From Eledone cirrhosa (taxonomy: Eukaryota): DNA of 64,000 nucleotides. The translations under genes were made by a program, and so were the position numbers. The first letter of the stretch is position 1; every line of letters begins with the position of its first letter. The stretch is taken from assembly GCA_964016885.1 (NCBI GenBank), contig OZ024740.1, positions 288,362,001-288,426,000 on the forward strand, read 5' to 3'. The notes beneath the pieces are model-generated. The model did no database searches. It was not told where the DNA came from and worked only from the letters and a program-made list of their open reading frames with translations. Shown one piece after another: positions 53,228 to 64,000 of the stretch.

Positions 53228-53384
53228 TAGAGTCATGGGTAAACGGCAGACCCCAATTTGGCTTTCTCAATGTAACACCTAATTTTAAAATTTCCTTGAA
53301 ATTTTTAGCAGTGTGGGCCGCCATTTGATGAGTCACATCCTATGCGGCCCACTACTCGAAAAAGGTTGCCCTTGCTTACTCTAG
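53228..53384. mobile_element. hAT-like MITE relic
   Basis: Imperfect TIRs tagagtcatgggtaaac / gttgcccttgcttactcta; internal gcggccc motifs. Confidence 0.45.
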
Positions 53385-53494
53385 AATATAGTATTAAGTA
53401 CTCATTTGAAACGGTCCTCCCTTACTCCGGTAGAAAGAAAACCCAAGAAATGAATACACATACACACACATATAATCATCACCATTTGACGTCC

Positions 53495-53630
53495 GTGTAT
53501 GTGTGTGCGTGTGTACGACTGTCTATGTATGTATATATGAATGTATGTATGTATGAATGTATACAATGTGTGTGTGTGATTATATAGGTATATCTAAGTG
53601 TATATATATATTTATGACTGTAGGTATATC

Positions 53631-53664
<34 letters not shown>

Positions 53665-53901
53665 ATTATATAGGTATATCTGTGTGTGTGTGTGTGTGTG
53701 TGTGTGCGCGTGTGTGTGTACGACTGTCTATGTATGTATATATGAATGTATGTATGAATGTATACAATGTGTGTGTGTGTGTGATTATATAGGTATATCT
53801 AAGTATATATATTTATGACTGTAAGTATATCTGTCTGTGTGTGTGTGTGTGTGTACGACTGTCTATGTATGTATATATGAATGTATGCATGTATGTATAC
53901 A

Positions 53902-53937
<36 letters not shown>

Positions 53938-54220
53938 TTATATAGGTATATCTAAGTGTATATATATTTATGACTGTAGGTGTATATGTGTGTGTGTGTG
54001 TGATTATATAGGTATATCTAAGTGTATATATATTTATGATTGTAGGTGTATATGTGTGTGTGTGTGTGATTATATATGTATATCTAAGTGTATATATATA
54101 TTTATGACTGTAGGTATATCTGTGTGTATGTGTATCTGTGTGTGTGTGTGTGATTATATAGGTATATCTAAGTGTATATATATTTATGACTGTAAGTATA
54201 TCTGTGTGTGTGTGTGTAAC
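53495..54220. repeat. Minisatellite (~55-65-bp unit gattatataggtatatctaagtgtatatatatttatgactgtagg + (TG)n)
   Basis: About 7 recognisable units. Confidence 0.85.
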
Positions 54221-54368
54221 TGTGCGTAAGGGTAAGTCCATCACAAAGTGTATGCACATATCTACGTGTATTTTATGTAAAGAACGAAGGAAAGTGAACG
54301 GGGCGGATACAGAATAAAAAATACCAAAACTACTGCCAAAATCTAAAATGTTCTGGGATGGTGGGGTA

Positions 54369-54401
<33 letters not shown>

Positions 54402-54408
54402 GTGTGTG

Positions 54409-54439
<31 letters not shown>

Positions 54440-54524
54440 GTGTGTGTATATATATGTGTGTGTGTGTATATATATATATGTATACATATATGTATATATG
54501 TGTGTGTGTATATATATTCGTGTG

Positions 54525-54556
<32 letters not shown>

Positions 54557-54579
54557 TACATATATATACACACACACGA

Positions 54580-54612
<33 letters not shown>

Positions 54613-54671
54613 TATATACATATATATATATACGTCCACACACACACACACATATATATATATATACATAT

Positions 54672-54719
<48 letters not shown>

Positions 54720-55138
54720 ATGTATGTATATATATGTGTGTGTATGGATGTATATATATATATGTTTGTGTGTGTGTGGACGTATATATATATATATATG
54801 TTTGTGTGTGTGATAATGTTTCTATCGTTGTGACGAGAGTAGAAGAGAATCTGCGTGTATATTGAGTGAAATAAGAATGTGTTTATGACATTGTGTATAT
54901 GTGATATTCTTTTAGAAAAAGGGTATGTGTGTGCGTTGTGAGAGAAAAGAAAATATGTATATATGTGGGGTGTAAAGGGCGTGTACGTGGAGTGTCTGTA
55001 TGTAGGTACGTACGTGTGTATGGTTGGCTGGTTGGGTAGATGGTTGGTCGGATATAATGAAAGTATAAGTTAAGAAAGAGGGGACTGAGCATTTTTGTCT
55101 CGAAAGAGTCTGTGTGTGTGTGTGTGAGAGAGAGCGAG

Positions 55139-55191
<53 letters not shown>

Positions 55192-55216
55192 CAGAGAGAG
55201 ACAGAGAGAGAGAGAG

Positions 55217-55287
<71 letters not shown>

Positions 55288-55369
55288 TATGTGGTATACC
55301 GAAATATTGAAATTGCAAAGAGAGTGAGAGAATAAAATAGCGGAGATAACGAGGAAAGAATAAAATGGT

Positions 55370-55424
<55 letters not shown>

Positions 55425-56430
55425 GAGAGAGAGGGAGAGAGAGAGAGAGAAATGGTATTGTAAAAAAAAAAAGAGAGAGTGAAAAATACAGAAATAAGGA
55501 AGAAATAAATTGAAAACTGTTAGGGAGAGGTGAGATTTGAGGGACAAAGAGAAATAAAGGTAGAATGATCCCAGAGAGGGAGAAAATAAGAAAAGAGGAA
55601 GAAGAAAGATGTGTTTATCTCTCTTTTCCCCCTCTCTCTGCATATACACACACAAACACAAACGCACACATATATATACACACAGACACACATACAGACA
55701 CGCAGAGCATAGCGACGGTTTTGGCTGACAGTTATCCTGTACTCCCCTTGTTGCCATTGAAATGGTATGCGCCGGCCGTCTGAGCAACTCGTTGCTTCTT
55801 CCCCAGCTGGGCATTCAGCAAGGCAGGGTGTGAATTGTGACGGACACACGGACTGACTAAGAGGGACAACGGCAGCAACTAAGCCAATTCTTAAACAAGA
55901 ACAACACTCGGCAGGAAACCGGCTACCTTGAAGTGGACTTACAAAATATACCCGGTCACCCTCATTATTATATGTGAATATATAAATATATTTACACAGG
56001 AATATGCGTTATAACTATGAGAGAGATTTTTTACGATATAACAACTTAAAGGCTTTACTAGATTTCGAAATTTCGTATACCCAATAAATATACAGCTGAA
56101 CATACAAGCATGCACTGATGCTTCCACTCGCATATATACTTACACATTATCTACAGGTTAACAATTATAAAAGCATCCACACATACAAACACACATTCAC
56201 AAACATGCATTGATACTTTCACACACATTAACCCACACATACCTACACACAGATTGCACTATAATACAGCCATTCATTCATACATACAAATACACATTCA
56301 CACTATATATTACTACAGAATATTGGTGAAGGAAACATATTACCATTTAACTAAACTATAGAACTATAATTACTCGAAGCCACAAGGAATAATTGTTACA
56401 TAATATTGTGATATATTTATTTCACCCCTA

Positions 56431-56472
<42 letters not shown>

Positions 56473-56599
56473 GTTGTTATCCCACAAATTACATTCCCAC
56501 ACCATTATTAGAATCTACGTTACTTCATACCTTTCGAACAAAAGAAGAAAAAGTTGTTTTATTAAAGCTATCAAAAGTACAAATCGTCACTAAACAACC

Positions 56600-56659
56600 A
56601 TGAAGTCAGCTAAACTTGCTGTGACCAGCGAAGGTAGCCCAGAAACAAAAATTGATCAG
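56600..56659 (+). CDS. Candidate first coding exon of an unidentified host gene (MKSAKLAVTSEGSPETKIDQ)
   Basis: Kozak-like caaccATG, non-repetitive 60 nt, CAG|GTTTGT donor; no homology recognised. Confidence 0.3.
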
Positions 56660-57549
56660 GTTTGTCAAACCTACTATAATATGTATGTGTATATATATAT
56701 ATATTTATATATATATAAACTTATATGTGTGTATAACTTTTTTTGTATTTACTGTCTTTTTGAATTTTTGCAGATTGTGTGTGTATATATATATATATAT
56801 ACATACATACGCGCGCGTGTATAACTTTTATATTCACCATCTTTGGGGGTGCTTTTATGTATTTATTTTCAAGATATACTAATGTGATGATAATCGGCCT
56901 TATTAACTAAAATATAAAAAATATATCAAAACTCATTAAAATATTACAGTCATTTTTATCTGTGTGTGTATGTGTGGTCACACCTTTCTAGTCACATAAA
57001 AATATACATACACCTTTTCGTTATATCTAGTTTTCTTTTACAAACTCTCTCTCTTTTCTCTCTCTCTCTCACAGATCTGTATGTATGAGATATATATTAT
57101 CATTCATTTTCTGTGTGTAATGCTGTTTGTAACTGTTGCTTGAATTCGACCTCATTTGAGCTTTTCTTACACCACAATAGAGAAAGAAGGAAAGGTGGCG
57201 AGTGCTTAGCTTCTTATACTATGTAATATGCCGGTTCGCTGCTTCTATAGTAACAGTTAGCACTCTAGAGTCTGACTCAACTAGTATACGAACCTCAAAC
57301 CAATAAAGTACTCCCTATGGTGAGAATTAAAATGATACACAGCACTCTAACCGATAGATCTCTAGGGTCCCCTATATATCAACAAAAATAGCTCACGAGA
57401 GAAAAGTTAACAAAACTCTCTGTGGACCCTTATCATAACATTCAACTCCCAAAGGCCGAGGAAGATGCCATTCACTGATAGCTTCCTGTGGTGCCTCTTA
57501 ATATCAGTTAGCTCCCCGAAACAGAACGGAATCAAATATGCAATTTTCG

Positions 57550-58020
57550 TTATTGGCAATGGATTGCCATAATCGTTAGAGCGTCGGACAAAATACGTAG
57601 CGGTTCTTTTACTTTCTAATCCCGACGATGTCAACTTAACTTTTCAACCTTTCGTGGTCGATGAAATAAAGTACCTGGCTGGGTCGATATAATCGTCTTA
57701 TCCCACACCACCATAATAGCTGGCCTTGTGTCTATATTAGAAACCATTATATCACTTTGTGCTGAGTTCAAGTCCTACCGGAATTGATTTTGCCTTTCAT
57801 CCTTCCGTGTCGATAAAATGAAGTACTAGTCAAGTACTGGTATCGATATAATAATCAATTGTATCTTCTTCCCATATTAGAAATTATTAATAATCCCGCT
57901 TCAGTCGACTTTGATTTCATCATTCTGGGGTTGATAAAGTGCCAGTCAAGTACTGGGTTCGATTTAATCGCTTCAATCCCATATTCTTGAGCTTGTGCCT
58001 TTATTTAGAAACAATTATTG
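57550..58020 (+). mobile_element. Old, diverged SINE family A-related tandem copies
   Basis: Degenerate core and tail motifs repeated three times. Confidence 0.7.
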
Positions 58021-59074
58021 TTATTCCCTCTATTTTGTGAATTCAAATCCCATTGTAATCGATATTGTATTTCGTTGTTTCGAAGTCGATCATTTTCGCT
58101 TGTGCTACACTCTTGGCAAATAATTACTGTTAATTCGTTTTATGGCCTTCCTTAAATGTGTGTGGGACAACGCGGCCATATTCTGGGTTACAACTTGTGC
58201 ATGCTTCTTTGTACGGGACTTTCACTCAATCATCCATGGGTGTGTCTTTCCACCTACACTTCATACACAGACAGGTTTGTGGGGGGACGATCATGTACAT
58301 ATACAAATACTTATGCGTACATTCGTATATGTATATATGACGCCTCTCGCTATCGCTCTCTCTGTATTTATACATATACACATACACATGGTGTTTGTGG
58401 AAAATGTTAGCTGTATATACATACGTCGTCTGTGTGTGTGGGCGCTACGCGTACATTCATATACACCTATCTGTCTGTGTGTATAGTGAATGTGCGTCCG
58501 TGTCTCGTTTTTGATAATAGTGTTTGGATGTGAAGTTTGTTATAGTAGTAGTAGTAGCTTGGTAGTCGTGATGTGGTTGTAGTGGGAATATGGGGTTTTA
58601 TTGCTAACTGTGGCCGTGTTGTGTATGATGGTTGAGTTGTGAAAGTTATGATATGGACTTATAATGTGATGTTGTGAGGTTGTAGTGCTAGTTACTGTAA
58701 TGGCAATCGTAACAATTCTTATAACTGTGGTAGTGCTCCAGTTGTAGTGGTAGTGATGCTATATCCTTAACTGGTGGAGAGATAACTTAACCAAAGGTTA
58801 ACTCCTCAGATGATTTGGTACCAATTCTTAACAAGTAAATTGAGGATCTCTATTACACTATTAGTAGCTTACATGAATGTCTTATACGCCTATAAACCCA
58901 AACTGTCTGAGGATAGTGCTGAGTTTGAAGCCTCTTGCAGGAAAATCAACTGAGTTAGACTAGTATCCTATCCAGGAGTATATATGTATCACCATAAAGA
59001 ATAAAGTATCTTGTCCTATAAACAATGAAATAACAGTAATGGGTTGAACTTGTAGCCTGGAAGAATACGATCGG

Positions 59075-59330
59075 GAATACATGCAGTCGAAATGGGGTTT
59101 CTCCAAAGGGTTTTCAGAGTAAGGTTACTTGATAAGGTGCGTAGCTCGGAGATCAGGGAGTTGCTCCAGGTAGAATCGCTACATCTCCGAGTTGAGAGAT
59201 CAAATTTTACGGGGAAATCCGACCGACAGAGGATGATGGCTGGTTAATATCTATAAGCTCGGTTGTTTTCGCTTGGGGATCCAACCGGATAATTTGGAGA
59301 CGATTACTTTTGATAGCGCCCTTTGCAAGG
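59075..59330 (+). mobile_element. Decayed RTE (Rex3/Expander-like) 3' fragment
   Basis: EMGFLQRVFRVRLLDKVRSSEIRELLQVESLHLRVERS. Confidence 0.7.
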
Positions 59331-59484
59331 CGTGTCTCTGGGCTCTGTCAGGAATAAGTGGGCGAAGAAGACCTACTATTGAACAGTGATTGTTTTCTTA
59401 GGCTCATTCGCAGATTTATCTTTTAATAGGGGGATTGGAAGGAAGTATATGTGGTTGACATATCCTCAATACTACTAGTAAAAT

Positions 59485-59662
59485 AATTGTTTCTACTTTA
59501 GGCACAAGGCCAGCAATTACTCAGTGCATTACTGGTACTTTATTTTATCGACCCCATAAGGATGAAAGGCAAAGTAAACTTCGGCGGGATTTGAACTCAG
59601 ACCGTAAAGGGACGTAACTATGCTGGAAAGCATGGCGTCCGACTCTCTACCTATACTGCCAA
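59485..59662 (-). mobile_element. SINE family A
   Basis: Reverse complement of the consensus. Confidence 0.9.
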
Positions 59663-59848
59663 TTAAAATAATATCAGGCTCCAAGGAATGAAAAGTGAAA
59701 TTAACACTGGTAGTATTTGAAACAATGGTTGTGATATTTATTACAAGGAACATTAAAAAGCTAACTAGGAATAATTATGCAATGAGAAAAGAAAGACAGT
59801 ATTAGTTTATCGCACTGATTTTCTTTTTTTAGTCAGTATGAGAGACAA

Positions 59849-59890
59849 CTGTGGACATGTTTCGATACTATTATGATCTCATCAGCAAAG
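59849..59890 (-). ncRNA. Minimal type-I hammerhead ribozyme
   Basis: Minus strand: ctttg-CTGATGA-gat..atc-GAAA-catg-TC-cacag; palindromic ACATGT, GUC site, one stem I mismatch. Confidence 0.7.
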
Positions 59891-61774
59891 CATAACTATT
59901 ATTATGCGAGCTGAAGTGGTGATGGAAGAATCACTGCGTAAATGTACAAGATTTAACATTGATTTGCATAGCAAATTAGATTAGTTTAGAGAAACCGGAT
60001 TGATATCAACATAGTTTTATTATATACAAGCAATCTTTCTTTTTAGTAACAATAATTGATTTTTTCTCCTAACACACCCTAGATGGATTGTTAGAAAGTA
60101 TATCTCTTCGTATGATTTGAATTCTGGACTGTTAGTCAACAAACTTGAGAGGTAGGGTTTGATGTTGTTTACCATTTATTTATACTAACAAAGGAAAAGG
60201 TGGAGAGATGCAACCATGGATAAATGGATGTAAAGACATGATAATCAATCTCATCGTGAAGGAGCATGTCCTAGAGCAGATGGTCTCAAACATGTGGCCC
60301 GCAAACTAGTTTTTAATGGTTTACGGCATAACAAAAGAAAATTTGTAATGGAGTAGTTGTTCCCCTACATTTTGTACTAATTCCTATATTCCTCTATTCC
60401 TCTTACTATCATGTGTGTATAGATTTTACTAATTCCTATATTCCTCTTACTATCATGTGTGTATAGATTTTGAAGAAAAAACTAAACTACCAGTTGTATT
60501 GCAGATTAGCATTACAACTGTTGGAAATCGTGCCCCCCTCTCCTGTTTCACTTTTGACGCACTGTGCCTCTTCCATGGGATCTATTGGTCCTTTTGAGTC
60601 CTTGAGTTTGAGATTAGGGTGTTGGAGTCACGATCATAAGATAATAGGTCCAATTCTCAGATTGGACACATTGTGTCCTTGAGTAAGGCATTTCATTTCA
60701 TGCTGCACCAGTACACTCAGCTGAAAATGAGTATCAGCAGCAGCAGCTAGAGGTTAGCCCTGCAGCAGACTGGCATCCTGTCTATCTTGTCTCTGCTATA
60801 ACTATGTATCATCATCATCATCATCATATATATATATATATGCAAGCGTGGAAAAGCAGACGTAAAAATGATGATGATGATATTCTTTTACTGGTTCTCT
60901 CATTAAACTGCAGCCATTATCCAGGTACCACCTTGATTTAGTTGAAGTCATTAGTGTTAATGAAAATTACTTTCAGAAGAGGAATCTTTATTTGATTAAA
61001 AGTAAATCCAGTAAATGGCCCTTAACTACCGATGGAGTTGTTGGGTCACTATCCTGACACCCAGCCAGAGAAAAAAGGAAGAATTGGCCCCAGTACTAGA
61101 CTGGTATTACCCACAAACCAAGTGTATTTCTAGATAATTTTATTCTATATTTCTTTATATCATTCAGCTGTAGTCAGAAATATATGCGAGATAATCTGGT
61201 GAGAGGGATGATTACTTGTGATAGACAGGTACCCCACTGGAGAGATTTGTTTCTCATTTACAAATACAATAAAACCAAAGCTAAGTAGTGTCCCTTAAAC
61301 AGGACTGGGTGAGACCTTGGGCTTTTAAAAGAATATGCTGCCTCTACATATAAAGTCTACAAAAATAAATATTTTGGGGAATGACAAGTATATTAAATCT
61401 GAATAAAATGGTGCCCCTCTTCCCTTGATGTCTTAATTGTGTGCTTATTTTGTTAAATGGTTGATCCTGCCCTTAAAATCCCTTTGTATTAATTAAGGCA
61501 TATATTACAAGGTACACATTTGTGTATATCAAATAAGAACAGAAAATTGTTAGACAGCACATCGATCTGGACAGGTGGAGGAGAATGAACTGTGAAGATC
61601 ATTGACTGGTACTGTCCAGGCATGATAATCTGTCTTGTATGAGATGAAAGTATGATTAATTATTAAATCATTAAATTACCAAAGTATATAATCAGATATA
61701 CATTAAACAAAACTAATGTTGAGCGATACCCCACTTACCCTGCTCACATATTAGAGAGTACTGTTGATTTCTCA

Positions 61775-62400
61775 TGTACCTGGAACAGTGCAACTGCTAC
61801 ACTGACATCTACACAAACATACTGCAACCACATCAAAAAGCAGGCCTTTCAGCTGATTTAGGAAGGATTCATTCACCAACATGCTACAACAACTGTCTTA
61901 TTGGTGCTCTCTCTTTCTTCTCTGTCTCTGCTACTGCAACATTCTCTGTGTTTTGACTTAGCTGGGTGTGTAACATCTCACCAAAGTTGACCTGGCACAT
62001 ATCTAGTCACCCCACTACACCAGCCTGCTGCTTGGCTTTGATCTTCAAGTGGGGTAGGATGGGGCTACAGAACATTCTAGGTAGGCACCCTGTCTAATCA
62101 GCAATAATTTTAAGGCAGAGTTTCGGAATAAGCATATCACTATAAATTTTCTAAATCTGACGGTGGACTACTGTAAAGTGTGTATGTGATCATAGACATA
62201 CAATACCTCCCCTCCTTTGTTGACAGACCTGACATTATTGTATCGCACCCTCACAAATTACACTAAACACTTTGTCCAATCCTTCCTTCCCAGAATTGCA
62301 GCCCCCTGTAATTCCTGCCCATGTTTTTCCTACATTCATCAACCTACAGCTGTTGAAGTTGAACATCAACTATATCACCCCTACTGGTTTGAGAGGACCT
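61775..62400 (+). mobile_element. Decayed CR1/L2-like LINE 3' end, interrupted
   Basis: WNSATAT...QAFQLI; HFVQSFLPRIAA...PAHVFPTFINLQLLKLNIN resembles CR1-group RT C-termini. Confidence 0.6.
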
Positions 62401-63077
62401 GCAGAAGCTATTAGGCATCTTCCCTTTTCTAAATGTAAATACCTTCTAAGTTAAGGATCAGATCTTATCTCTGCTTTTGTTGAGTGAAGAGAATTAAATA
62501 ATTTTTACATGAACAAGAACACCATCTCAAGTAACATTGCCAAATGATCAGGTACCTAGTCCTAACTACTGCTAAGAGAACTGAGGCAATGTAGAATATA
62601 CTATACTGTTTCAGAGTCTGTGATGAGAATTCCCCTGCATACCCTATAACAGGCAACATTCCAATATGAGTAAGTAGTTCAATAAACCAAATCAGTTGTA
62701 ATAATTGAACTTAACGCTTTGCTGGGCTAGTGCATAATTCTGTCTTTAGCCTTTGAATACAAACTCGCCTGAAACTGGCCCTGATTCTATGATGAAAGGC
62801 CATTTGTTTAAAAGTGTTCCTGATCAAATTTAAACCTTCCATTATAATTTTATGTAAGAACTTTTGTTATGATCTAAACACCAACTTAATTATTATTTTA
62901 AACATCATAGGTAGTGTCTTTTATTAGAAAAATTATTTTAAACATTGAAAATCATAGGTAGTGTCTTTTATTAGAAATATGGCAATGAAAGGGTTAATCT
63001 AACACTTTGCTCACCGCAAACTAACAAAATTCTCTCAGTTTGATAGGGTTGCTTACTGTGGTGAATACTACTACTAT

Positions 63078-63236
63078 GTAGTAGAGGAAGACCACGAAAA
63101 CCATGGGCGAAGCTGATGAGAGCTGACCTCAGATCGCTGAAGCTCACAGAGGAGATGACGAATGGAGAGACGCTGTGCTGAAAAGGACCCGTCCCACCCT
63201 TGCAAGCAAGGAAAAGCAGAAGTAAAATGATGATGT
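63078..63236 (+). mobile_element. RTE LINE 3' end
   Basis: Homologous to 33668-33840. Confidence 0.85.
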
Positions 63237-64000
63237 GAGTGGCAGGGTAATACCCGGAATCCGAGGAAATTGATACTGGTTATGTGAGGACAGCCTAGGA
63301 GTCCAAAGGAGTTTTCCTACAAGAGTTTGATAAATTCAGTTTTTAGACATTCATGGGCGCTGCATATCTTCTGCTAGGCCATAACATAATTTATAAATAC
63401 CACAGCATCAGGCTGGTGACAGGATACGAACTGCCGAATCTTCAGTTGTTCTTTAAGGAGAAGGAGCAGTGCCCATGACTCTTTTCAATGCCCCTGAGAC
63501 TGGCAAGAATAAAGTATCGTTACACTAGAGACCTTGTGCGAATGCTTACAATAGTCGAAGTCGCCAGAGGCATCAAAGGGCCAGGCGACGTTGTCTGATA
63601 GTTGTCTGATAACCTGTCAACTCAGCAAACCTATACTGATTATAGGATACAGAAATTAACAAAGTTTATTTTAAGGTGAATTATCTGATCAAGCAGACCT
63701 AATGTCACTAAGACTACAGTGTCCAGTGTGTCCTCTTTTTGAAAAAGTGTGGTGTGATTTGAGAGGCCTTAGCTTTTATCTCTAGCGAATCGAATAGCCA
63801 CATAAGGGATTCTTCGTTATGGTTGAGACTATTTCACTTGCAGCCGCAAGGGTTGGAATTAAATAGACACTAATGCTTGAAATTGCAAATCTAACGATCC
63901 CAGTCTTCAGTAACATATATACATGACACTGCTTATAATAAATAGCTTAATAGTAATTACTTCATTTATTCGGTGGGAAATATAACCTCCATCCGACTCC

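Overview
AT-rich, microsatellite-saturated eukaryotic DNA made almost entirely of transposable elements. The SINE/LINE repertoire resembles octopus genomes (inference). Most ORFs in the track are microsatellite artefacts and no intact host gene is evident. Recognisable content: decayed RTE LINEs (one large copy with APE-RT-PHD-like finger), R4/Dong-type and CRE-type restriction-endonuclease-like retrotransposon relics, Tx1/L1 and CR1 fragments, a ~610-bp non-autonomous bipartite RTE derivative in about 8 copies, many tRNA-derived SINEs, and mariner, Tigger, piggyBac, Chapaev3 and Helitron relics. The most interesting signal is a set of unrelated short non-coding units in or beside (TA)n tracts. 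They carry type-I minimal hammerhead ribozyme folds (about 10 motifs, folded by eye), form fold-back inverted repeats, and sometimes show terminal redundancy. This is the architecture expected of non-autonomous Penelope-like or retrozyme-type elements. Coordinates of decayed elements are approximate and no database search was run.
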